Assembly (NCBI GenBank): GCA_036676545.1
Contig: JAKFCR010000123.1
Span: forward strand, 1 to 40,552
From: Aeromicrobium sp.
Lineage (GTDB): Bacteria; Actinomycetota; Actinomycetes; Propionibacteriales; Nocardioidaceae
Direction: 5' to 3'
DNA: 40,552 nt
The position numbers and the translations under genes are program-made. Below are positions 26,160 through 33,957 of this stretch, piece after piece. The notes below the pieces were generated by a model, which was not told where the DNA came from, ran no database searches, and saw only the letters and a list, made by a program, of their open reading frames with translations. Positions within the stretch are counted from its first letter, which is position 1; every line of letters begins with the position of its first letter.

Positions 26160-27022
26160 TAGACGCCGATCGGGTGCCAGACCGTCTTGGTCTCGATGAG
26201 CGCTTCGAGCCGGGCGAGGCTCGGCTCGGCGAGCCAGTCGACCGTGGCGGCAGGTGCCCGCAGCACCCGCTTGAGGTTCTCGGCCGAGGCGACCTCGAGT
26301 TCGGCGGCGAGCTTGGCGTCGTCGACGCCAGCCAGGTCGAGCGCGTTGACATCCATGTGCGATGCCAGCCAGGGAGCGATCTCGGCGGCCGAGCCCGTGA
26401 GGATGTTGACGACTCCACCGGGCACGTCCGACGCCGCCATCACCTCCGAAAGCGTCACTGCAGGCACGGGATACTTCTCGCTCGCGATGACGACAACGGT
26501 GTTGCCGGTCGCGATGGCCGGTGCGATGACGGACACGAGTCCGAGCAGGGGGCCCCACGGTGCGACGATCGCCACGACGCCCGTCGGCTCGGGAGTCGAG
26601 AGGTTGAAGAACGGGCCCGAGACGGCGTTGGCATTGCCGAGGACCTGGACGTATTTGTCGGCCCAGCCGGCGTACCAAACGACACGATCGATCGCGGCGT
26701 CGACGTACGTGGAGGCCTTCTTCTCGGTCACGCCTTCGGATACGCGGAGATCGTCGATGAACTGCTCGCGGCGACCCTCCATGACCTCGGCGATGCGGTA
26801 GATGACCTGGCCGCGGTTGTAGGGCGTACGCGTCGACCAGCCGCCGAATGCCTTGCGGGCAGCGACGACCGCGTCACGGGCGTCCTTACGCGAGGCCTTC
26901 GCCATGTTGGCGATGAACTCGCCCTTGGAATCAACGGCCTCGTACGTTCGCCCGGACTCCGAGCGCGGGAAGGCGCCGTCGATGTAGAGCTTGTGGGTCT
27001 TGCGGACCTCAACGCGTGCCAT
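26159..27022 (-). CDS. Short aldehyde dehydrogenase-family protein (NAD-binding fold only; ALDH16 C-terminal-like)
   Basis: KLYIDGAFPRSESG, EPTGVVAIVAPW, GNTVV and PGGVVNILTG present; no ELGGK or catalytic Cys; ends ETKTVWHPIGV. Confidence 0.85.
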   Translation of the reverse strand: MARVEVRKTHKLYIDGAFPRSESGRTYEAVDSKGEFIANMAKASRKDARDAVVAARKAFGGWSTRTPYNRGQVIYRIAEVMEGRREQFIDDLRVSEGVTEKKASTYVDAAIDRVVWYAGWADKYVQVLGNANAVSGPFFNLSTPEPTGVVAIVAPWGPLLGLVSVIAPAIATGNTVVVIASEKYPVPAVTLSEVMAASDVPGGVVNILTGSAAEIAPWLASHMDVNALDLAGVDDAKLAAELEVASAENLKRVLRAPAATVDWLAEPSLARLEALIETKTVWHPIGV

Positions 27023-28470
27023 CACTTAGCTCCCTTGAGGTACGCAGCAAGACCGTGCTTGCCGCCTTCGCGGCCATAGCCCGACTCCTTGTAGCCGCCG
27101 AACGGTGACGACGGATCGAACTTGTTGAACGTGTTGGCCCACACCACACCGGCGCGCAGCTGGTTGGCCATCGACAGGATCCGCGAACCCTTCTCGGTCC
27201 ACACTCCAGCCGACAGACCGTACGGCGTGTTGTTGGCCTTCTCGACGGCCTCCGACGGCGTACGGAACGTCAGCACCGACAGGACCGGTCCGAAGATCTC
27301 CTCGCGGGCGATGCGATGCGCCTGGGTGACTCCGGTGAAGATCGTCGGCGGGAACCAGAAGCCGCTGTCGGGGATCTCGCACGGCACTGACCAGCGCTCT
27401 GCGCCTTCGGCGTCGCCGATGTCCGAGAGCTCCTTGATGCGGGCGAGCTGCTCGGACGAGTTGATGGCACCGATGTCGGTGTTCTTGTCGAGCGGATCGC
27501 CGAGTCGCAGTGTCGACATACGACGCTTGAGGCGCTCGAGCACATCGTCGTAGATGTTCTCCTGCACCAGGAGGCGCGACCCGGCGCAGCACACGTGGCC
27601 CTGGTTGAAGAAGATGCCGCCGACGATGCCTTCGATGGCCTGATCGAGCGGAGCATCGTCGAACACGATGTTGGCGGCCTTGCCGCCGAGCTCGAGGGTG
27701 ACCTTCTTGTCGGTACCAGCGACTGAGCGAGCAATGGCCTTGCCGACTGCGGTCGAGCCGGTGAAAGCGACCTTGTCGACGTCGGGGTGGGTGACGAGCG
27801 CCTCGCCCGTCGCGCCGGCACCCGTGATGATGTTGACGACTCCAGGCGGCAGGTCAGCCTGCTGGCACACCTCGGCAAAAAGAAGCGCCGTCAGGGGAGT
27901 GGTCTCAGCAGGCTTGAGGACGACGGTGTTGCCGGCCGCGAGCGCCGGAGCGATCTTCCACGCCAGCATCATGATCGGGAAGTTCCAGGGGATGACCTGA
28001 CCCGCGACGCCGAGCGCCTTCGGATCAGGGCCAAGGCCCGCATAGCCGAGCTTGTCGGCCCAGCCGGCGTAGTAGAAGAACCACTGCGAGACGAGCGGCA
28101 GGTCGACGTCGCGCGACTCCTTGATCGGCTTGCCGTTGTCGAGCGACTCCAGGACTGCGAACTCGCGCGAGCGCTCGGCCATGATGCGGGCGATGCGGTA
28201 GAGGTACTTGGCGCGCTCGCTGCCGGGCAGCTTGGACCAAACGGTCTCGTATGCCTTGCGGGCGGCCTTGACCGCGAGGTCGACGTCCGACGCCGTTGCC
28301 TCGGTGATCTCGGCGAGTACCTCTTCGGACGACGGGCTGATCGACTTGAACGATCCGCCCTTGCCGTCGACGAACTCACCGTTGATGAACAACCCGTAGG
28401 AGCTCTTGATGTCGACGATCGCACGCGACTCAGGAGCCGGTGCGTACTCGAAGGTCTTCTTCTTGGCCAT
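27022..28470 (-). CDS. Aldehyde dehydrogenase (probable acetaldehyde DH linked to deoC)
   Basis: IPWNFP, LKPAE, FTGST, LELGGK, FFNQGHVCCAG and EEIFGPV. ATG at 28470 (MAKKKTFEYAPAPES). Confidence 0.94.
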   Translation of the reverse strand: MAKKKTFEYAPAPESRAIVDIKSSYGLFINGEFVDGKGGSFKSISPSSEEVLAEITEATASDVDLAVKAARKAYETVWSKLPGSERAKYLYRIARIMAERSREFAVLESLDNGKPIKESRDVDLPLVSQWFFYYAGWADKLGYAGLGPDPKALGVAGQVIPWNFPIMMLAWKIAPALAAGNTVVLKPAETTPLTALLFAEVCQQADLPPGVVNIITGAGATGEALVTHPDVDKVAFTGSTAVGKAIARSVAGTDKKVTLELGGKAANIVFDDAPLDQAIEGIVGGIFFNQGHVCCAGSRLLVQENIYDDVLERLKRRMSTLRLGDPLDKNTDIGAINSSEQLARIKELSDIGDAEGAERWSVPCEIPDSGFWFPPTIFTGVTQAHRIAREEIFGPVLSVLTFRTPSEAVEKANNTPYGLSAGVWTEKGSRILSMANQLRAGVVWANTFNKFDPSSPFGGYKESGYGREGGKHGLAAYLKGAK

Positions 28471-28475
28471 GGCAA

Positions 28476-29405
28476 TCAGTCCAGGGTGACGTAGTCGGGG
28501 CCGGAGTAGTGGCCAGTGGCCAGCTTCTGGCGTTGCATGAGCAGGTCGTTCAAGAGGGTGGAGGCCCCGAACCGGAACCAGTCGGGGTCGAGCCAGTCCT
28601 CGCCGACGATCTCGTTGACCATCACGAGGTACTTGATCGCATCCTTCGACGTACGAATGCCACCGGCAGGTTTGACGCCAACCTGGCGGCCTGTCTCGGC
28701 GCGGAAGTCGCGTACGGCTTCGAGCATCACCAAGGTGACGGGGAGGGTCGCGGCGGGCTGCACCTTGCCGGTGCTGGTCTTGATGAAGTCGGCACCCGCC
28801 TGCATCGCGAGCCACGAGGCCTTGCGGACGTTGTCGTAGGTCTGCAGCTCGCCGGTCTCGAAGATCACCTTGAGGTGTGCGTGCGATCCGTCGGGACGGG
28901 CGCACGCTTCGCGGGTGGCGACGATCTCGTCGTAGACGAGGTCGTAGTTGCCGGCGAGGAACGCGCCGCGGTCGATGACCATGTCGATCTCGTCAGCACC
29001 GGCCTCGACGGCGTCGCGAGTGTCGGCGAGCTTGATGTCGAGAGCTGCTCGGCCTGACGGGAACGCGGTCGCGACGCTGGCGACATTCAGCCCTGAGTCG
29101 CCGAGGGCTTCCTTGGCGATGGCGACCATGTCGGGGTAGACGCAGACGGCAGCGGCGGCGGGGCACGTCGGATCAGTGGGATCGGGTCGCATGGCCTTGT
29201 TGGCCAGTGCGCGGACCTTGCCCGGAGTGTCAGATCCTTCGAGCGTTGTCAGGTCGACCATCGAGATGGCGAGGTCGATCGCCCACGCCTTGGAGGTGGT
29301 CTTGATCGAGCGGGTACCGAGGCCGGCAGCGCGCGCTTCCACGCCGACCTGATCGACGCCGGGAAGGCCGTCGAGAGTCTTGCGCAGGGATGCAGTCGCA
29401 GTCAC
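28476..29405 (-). CDS. deoC: Deoxyribose-phosphate aldolase
   Basis: DLTTLEG, GADEIDMV, LKVIFETGEL, FIKTSTGK, KPAGGIR and RFGAS motifs. Confidence 0.96.
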   Translation of the reverse strand: MTATASLRKTLDGLPGVDQVGVEARAAGLGTRSIKTTSKAWAIDLAISMVDLTTLEGSDTPGKVRALANKAMRPDPTDPTCPAAAAVCVYPDMVAIAKEALGDSGLNVASVATAFPSGRAALDIKLADTRDAVEAGADEIDMVIDRGAFLAGNYDLVYDEIVATREACARPDGSHAHLKVIFETGELQTYDNVRKASWLAMQAGADFIKTSTGKVQPAATLPVTLVMLEAVRDFRAETGRQVGVKPAGGIRTSKDAIKYLVMVNEIVGEDWLDPDWFRFGASTLLNDLLMQRQKLATGHYSGPDYVTLD

Positions 29406-29469
29406 CAGTCAAGGTTAGTTGCAAGTGGCGTGAGCCGGAAACGTCCCGCGTGAGTGCTTGACTGTCTGC

Positions 29470-29931
29470 ATGACGATGTCGACCTTTCTGCTCGTTGTCG
29501 CGACCGTCCTCACAGGTCTGTCAGCGGGCCTGTTCGTGACGTTCTCCTACGCCGTGATGCCCGGACTGAGCCGTAGCGACGACGACGCGTTCGTCTCGGC
29601 GATGCGCGGTATCAACGTGGCGATCCTCAACCCGCTGTTCGCCCTGGTGTTCGTCGGATCGGCTCTGGCGACCGTTGCGTCCCTGGTCGCCGGATGGGAC
29701 GAGCTGGCTCGCTCTTGGGTCATCGCAGGACTCGCGACCTACGTCGCTGGCGCGTTCCTGATCACGGGAGCAGTCAACGTACCCCTCAACAACGAGCTCG
29801 AGGCCGGCACAGAGAGCCCGGCCGAGCTTCGGAGATCGTTCGAGTCGCGGTGGGTCGCGTGGAACCATGTGCGCTCGGTGCTCACCGTTGCCGCGTTCGC
29901 GTGCCTCGTTGTGGCGTCGCTGAAGTCCTAG
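29470..29931 (+). CDS. DUF1772 / anthrone-oxygenase-family membrane protein
   Basis: AGLFVTFSYAVMPGL, NVPLNNEL and FESRWVAWNHVR motifs. Start is 29470 or 29476. Confidence 0.85.
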   Translation: MTMSTFLLVVATVLTGLSAGLFVTFSYAVMPGLSRSDDDAFVSAMRGINVAILNPLFALVFVGSALATVASLVAGWDELARSWVIAGLATYVAGAFLITGAVNVPLNNELEAGTESPAELRRSFESRWVAWNHVRSVLTVAAFACLVVASLKS

Positions 29932-31541
29932 ACCCCGAGCGCGGCAGCCAGGTCGGCCTTGATCGCGGCCAGCGCCGCATCAGCGGTCGTGCGTGCGGCC
30001 TCGATCGAGTCGTCAACGGGCACGACGATCTCGAGATAGCACTTGAGCTTGGGCTCAGTGCCCGACGGCCGACAGATGATGCGTGCGCCACCGTCGAGCT
30101 GGAGCCGAATGCCGTCGGTCGGAGGAAGTCCCTGATAGCCATCGGCAAGGTCATCGACGGCAGTGACGTTCTGGCTGCCGAGAGTCGACGGGGGATTGGT
30201 CCTCAGCGTCTCCATCGCGCGGGCGATGATCGCGAGGTCCTCCACGCGTACAGACAGCTGCGTCGTCGCGTGAAGTCCGTGCTCTCGGTAGATGTCATCG
30301 AGGCGGTCGATCAGGGTCTTGCCTTCGGCTTTGAGTCCGGCGGCCAGCTCGAGCACCGTGATGATCGCTGATACGCCGTCCTTGTCACGGGCGATGTCGG
30401 GAGCGACGGAGTAGCCGAGCGCTTCCTCATAGCCATACGCGAGGTCCGGGATCTTGCCGATCCATTTGAACCCCGTGAGCGTCTGCTGCCACGGCTGGTC
30501 GTACGCCGCAGCGATCCGGCCCAGCAGGTCGGACGAAACGATCGACGAGGCGTACGTACCGGTGACGCCTCGCCGCAGCAGGAAGTCGGCCAGGAGCGCT
30601 CCGACCTGGTCACCGCTGAACATGCGGAACGACTCACCGTCGCGAACGCCAACAGCGCAGCGGTCGGCATCGGGGTCGTTGGCCACAATGATGTCGGCGC
30701 CGACCTCCGAGGCGAGCTTGAGCGACAGGTCCATCGCGCCCGGCTCCTCGGGATTGGGGAACGCCACGGTGGGGAAGTCAGGATCCGGGTCACCCTGCTG
30801 CCGTACGACGTGCAGCGCCGGGAAACCCGATCGCGCGACGGTCTCGACGAGCGTGTCACGACCGACCCCATGCATCGGGGTGTAGACGGCGACGATGTCG
30901 CGGGGTCCCTCGTCCGGCAGCGCGACAACCGCCTCGACGTAGGCCTCGGCGACCTCAGGACCCAGCAGCTCGTACGCATCGCTGCGCGGCAGCTCATCCA
31001 CCCGCCCGACTCGGTCGATTGCGTCGGAGATGTCGGAGTCCTCGGGCGGCACGATCTGGCTCGAGTCTGCGAGGTAGACCTTGTAGCCGTTGTCCTGGGG
31101 CGGGTTGTGCGAGGCGGTCACCATCACGCCGGAGCTGCACCCGAGGTGGCGGATTGCGAACGCCAGCACGGGCGTCGGAAGGTGGGTTGGCAGCAGGTAC
31201 GCGTGGACGCCCGCGGCCTCCATGATCTCAGCGGTGTCGCGGGCAAAGATGTCGGAGTTGTAGCGAGCGTCGTAGCCCACCACGACAGACGGATTGTCCT
31301 CGCGCTCGACGAGGTAGGCGGCCAGGCCAGCCGCGGCTTGGGCAACGATCACTCTGTTCATCCGGTTGGGACCGGCGCCGAGGGCACCGCGTAGGCCAGC
31401 CGTGCCGAACTGCAGGCGCATGGAGAAGCGGTCCTCCAGCTCGACGGTGTCGTTCGAGTCGATCAGAGCCTGGAGCTCGTCGCGGGTGACGGGATCGGGA
31501 TCCTGGCTCAGCCATTCGAGAGCCTGCTCGACGACGCCCAT
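29928..31541 (-). CDS. Phospho-sugar mutase (PmmB-type; probable phosphopentomutase role)
   Basis: FGTAGLRG, TASHNP, DPDADR, YEEALG, DKDG and RPSGTEPKLK motifs. Confidence 0.93.
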   Translation of the reverse strand: MGVVEQALEWLSQDPDPVTRDELQALIDSNDTVELEDRFSMRLQFGTAGLRGALGAGPNRMNRVIVAQAAAGLAAYLVEREDNPSVVVGYDARYNSDIFARDTAEIMEAAGVHAYLLPTHLPTPVLAFAIRHLGCSSGVMVTASHNPPQDNGYKVYLADSSQIVPPEDSDISDAIDRVGRVDELPRSDAYELLGPEVAEAYVEAVVALPDEGPRDIVAVYTPMHGVGRDTLVETVARSGFPALHVVRQQGDPDPDFPTVAFPNPEEPGAMDLSLKLASEVGADIIVANDPDADRCAVGVRDGESFRMFSGDQVGALLADFLLRRGVTGTYASSIVSSDLLGRIAAAYDQPWQQTLTGFKWIGKIPDLAYGYEEALGYSVAPDIARDKDGVSAIITVLELAAGLKAEGKTLIDRLDDIYREHGLHATTQLSVRVEDLAIIARAMETLRTNPPSTLGSQNVTAVDDLADGYQGLPPTDGIRLQLDGGARIICRPSGTEPKLKCYLEIVVPVDDSIEAARTTADAALAAIKADLAAALGV

Positions 31542-32332
31542 CAGATCCTCGGCAGCACTTCGGCGAGCAGAGCACCCATACGCGTAGCGGCTGACTTGCC
31601 TGCTTCGAGCACTTCTTCATGGTTGAGCGGTTCGCCTGACATGCCGGCTGCCAGGTTGGTGACCAGCGAGAGTCCGAGCACCTCCATACCCGCCTCGCGG
31701 GCAGCAATCGCCTCGAGCACGGTGGACATGCCGACCAGGTCGCCACCGATCGCCCGCACCATGTTGATCTCGGCTGGTGTCTCGTACTGAGGCCCGGTGA
31801 ACTGCACGTAGACGCCCTCGTCGAGCGTCGGGTCGACCTCTCGGAACATCGCCCGGAGGCGGGGGGAATAGAGGTCGGTGAGATCGACGAAGTTGGCACC
31901 CTCGATCGGCGAGGTCGCCGTGAGGTTGATGTGGTCCTTGATCAGCACGGGCGTACCGGGCACCCAGCTCGGGTTGAGACCACCGCAGCCGTTCGTCAGC
32001 ACCATCGTCTTCACGCCGGCTGCCGCGGCCGTACGTACGCCGTGCACGACAGAGGAGACGCCGCGGCCTTCATAGAAGTGCGTGCGGCCCAGGAAGATCA
32101 GCAGCCGCTTGTCGCCGAGTGCGAGTGAGCGGATCGTGCCACCGTGGCCCGCCACTGCGGGGGCGCTGAATCCGGGCAGCTCGGCAACGGGGATCTCGAA
32201 CTCGGGCTTGCCCAGGGCGTCGGCGGCCGGAAGCCAGCCGGATCCCATGACGAGTGCTGTGTCGTGCTGGGCTCCACCAGTGCGATCTCTGATCGCGTCG
32301 GCGGCCTGCTGGGCGAGTTCTTGGGAGGTCAC
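31541..32332 (-). CDS. punA: Purine-nucleoside phosphorylase (trimeric type)
   Basis: [37 protein letters not shown] and VTNLAAG motifs. GTG 32332 preferred (TAACGT 7 nt upstream). Confidence 0.95.
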   Translation of the reverse strand: MTSQELAQQAADAIRDRTGGAQHDTALVMGSGWLPAADALGKPEFEIPVAELPGFSAPAVAGHGGTIRSLALGDKRLLIFLGRTHFYEGRGVSSVVHGVRTAAAAGVKTMVLTNGCGGLNPSWVPGTPVLIKDHINLTATSPIEGANFVDLTDLYSPRLRAMFREVDPTLDEGVYVQFTGPQYETPAEINMVRAIGGDLVGMSTVLEAIAAREAGMEVLGLSLVTNLAAGMSGEPLNHEEVLEAGKSAATRMGALLAEVLPRI

Positions 32333-32363
32333 CTGCCGTACGTTATCCGCTCGCATGTCTCAA

Positions 32364-32449
32364 TGGGCCCTTCGGCGCGATGCGACTGCGTCGGTGGAGC
32401 CCCTCCCGCGACTTCGTCGCTAGGGTCAGGCGCGGCCGCTCCGCGGCGG
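32364..32449. repeat. GC-rich REP-like hairpin element between punA and lpdA
   Basis: Contains GCGAC-TTC-GTCGC (32408-20), a GAA-triloop hairpin on the minus strand, resembling the element at 38630-38760. Confidence 0.4.
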
Positions 32450-32464
32450 TGCGAGGATGGTGTC

Positions 32465-33826
32465 GTGACGCACGTGACGATCATTGGTGGCGGCCCCGGT
32501 GGCTACGAGGCTGCTCTTGTTGCCTCGCGTCTTGGGGCCGAGGTGACGCTGGTCGAGCGCGATGGTGTCGGCGGCTCGACCGTGCTCACGGACTGTGTTC
32601 CCAGCAAGACGCTGATCGCCACGTCGGACCTGCTGACTGACGTCAGTGGCGCGGCTGAGCTCGGCATCGAGGTGCCGACCGCTGTACGCGCGGATCTCGC
32701 CGCCGTCGACAACCGTGTGCTGGCGCTGGCACTGGCTCAGTCCGCCGACATCGCAGAGCGGCTCGTCGCCAGTGGCGTGAAGATCATCTCGGGCACCGCG
32801 ACGATCGAGTCAGCGCAGCTGGTTGTCGTCGAGGGCACGCAGCGCATTGAGACGGACGCGATCCTTCTCGCAACTGGTGCTCATCCGCGCGTCAGCCCAG
32901 ACGCGCAGCCGGACGGCGAGCGGATTCTGACCTGGGAGCAGATATACGCGCTGCAGGAACTTCCTGAGCACATGATCGTCGTCGGCTCGGGCGTGACGGG
33001 TGCTGAGTTCGCGAGCGCCTACAACGGTCTCGGCGCCACGGTCACACTCGTCTCCAGCCGCGATCGGGTGCTGCCCGGCGAGGACGCGGATGCCGCCACA
33101 GTCATCGAAGACGTCTTCAAGCGACGCGGGATGACGGTCCTCGGCAAATCTCGTATGGAGAAGGTCGAACGCACGGGCGATGGCGTCCGCGTGACGCTGA
33201 CTGACGGTCGTACGGTTGACGGCTCGCACTGCCTGCTGGCGCTGGGATCGATCCCCAACACGGAGGGCCTCGGCCTCGACGCGATCGGCGTCGAGCTGAA
33301 CGAGAGCGGCTTCATCGACGTCGACAGGGTGTCCCGTACCTCGGTACGCGGCGTCTACGCTGCCGGCGACTGCACTGGAGTCCTGATGCTTGCGTCGGTT
33401 GCTGCGCAGCAAGGACGAATCGCCATGTCCCACCTGCTGGGCGATGCGGTTCATCCGCTTGACCTGGGCAAGGTGTCGAGCAACGTGTTCACCTCGCCCG
33501 AGATCGCCACTGTGGGGCTGTCGCAGAAGCAAGTCGATGAGTCAGACATGCAGGTCGTCGCTGCAACGCTTCCGCTCGCGTCCAATGCCCGCGCCAAGAT
33601 GCAGGGCGTTCACGACGGCTTCGTCAAGATCTTCGCCCGCCGGGGGATGGGCATCGTCGTAGGTGGTGTGGTCGTCGGCCCGAAGGCCAGCGAGCTGATC
33701 CACGTCATCTCCTTGGCTGTGTCTGCCTCGCTCACGGTCGACCAGGTGGCTGACGCTTTCACGATCTACCCGTCTCTATCGGGTTCGGTTGCCGAGGCTG
33801 CACGGCGCCTCCACGGCACTCCCTGA
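32465..33826 (+). CDS. lpdA: NAD(P)H-quinone dehydrogenase (mycobacterial LpdA-type flavoprotein disulfide reductase)
   Basis: GGGPGG; STVLTDCVPSK has only one redox Cys; GSGVTGAE; YPSLSGS replaces the HPTxxE dyad. Divergent from punA. Confidence 0.9.
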   Translation: MTHVTIIGGGPGGYEAALVASRLGAEVTLVERDGVGGSTVLTDCVPSKTLIATSDLLTDVSGAAELGIEVPTAVRADLAAVDNRVLALALAQSADIAERLVASGVKIISGTATIESAQLVVVEGTQRIETDAILLATGAHPRVSPDAQPDGERILTWEQIYALQELPEHMIVVGSGVTGAEFASAYNGLGATVTLVSSRDRVLPGEDADAATVIEDVFKRRGMTVLGKSRMEKVERTGDGVRVTLTDGRTVDGSHCLLALGSIPNTEGLGLDAIGVELNESGFIDVDRVSRTSVRGVYAAGDCTGVLMLASVAAQQGRIAMSHLLGDAVHPLDLGKVSSNVFTSPEIATVGLSQKQVDESDMQVVAATLPLASNARAKMQGVHDGFVKIFARRGMGIVVGGVVVGPKASELIHVISLAVSASLTVDQVADAFTIYPSLSGSVAEAARRLHGTP

Positions 33827-33840
33827 CCCCTGACATTGCC

Positions 33841-33905
33841 TGAAATTACAGGCGTGTAGTTATGTGACAGTTGTGGCTTATGTGACGAAAGTCGTGTGTA
33901 ATTCA
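33841..33905 (+). promoter_or_regulatory. AT-rich regulatory motif cluster upstream of the amidase genes
   Basis: AATTACA-N4-TGTAGTT palindrome (33844-61); TGTGAC/TGTGGC/TGTGAC at 9-bp spacing (33863, 33872, 33881); second TGTAATT at 33897. Confidence 0.6.
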
Positions 33906-33957
33906 GTGGTTAGTGAGAGCTTCCCCGCTCGCTCATCCACCTGAACGGATTGTCGTC

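Noticed and set aside
26159-27022. Short ALDH as a pseudogene or frameshift fragment
   Set aside because: Intact ORF coupled at both ends, divergent from its neighbour, and complementary to it in domain content.
32465-33826. Dihydrolipoamide dehydrogenase (E3) call
   Set aside because: Lacks the CxxxxC disulfide and the His-Glu dyad; matches the LpdA quinone reductase type.
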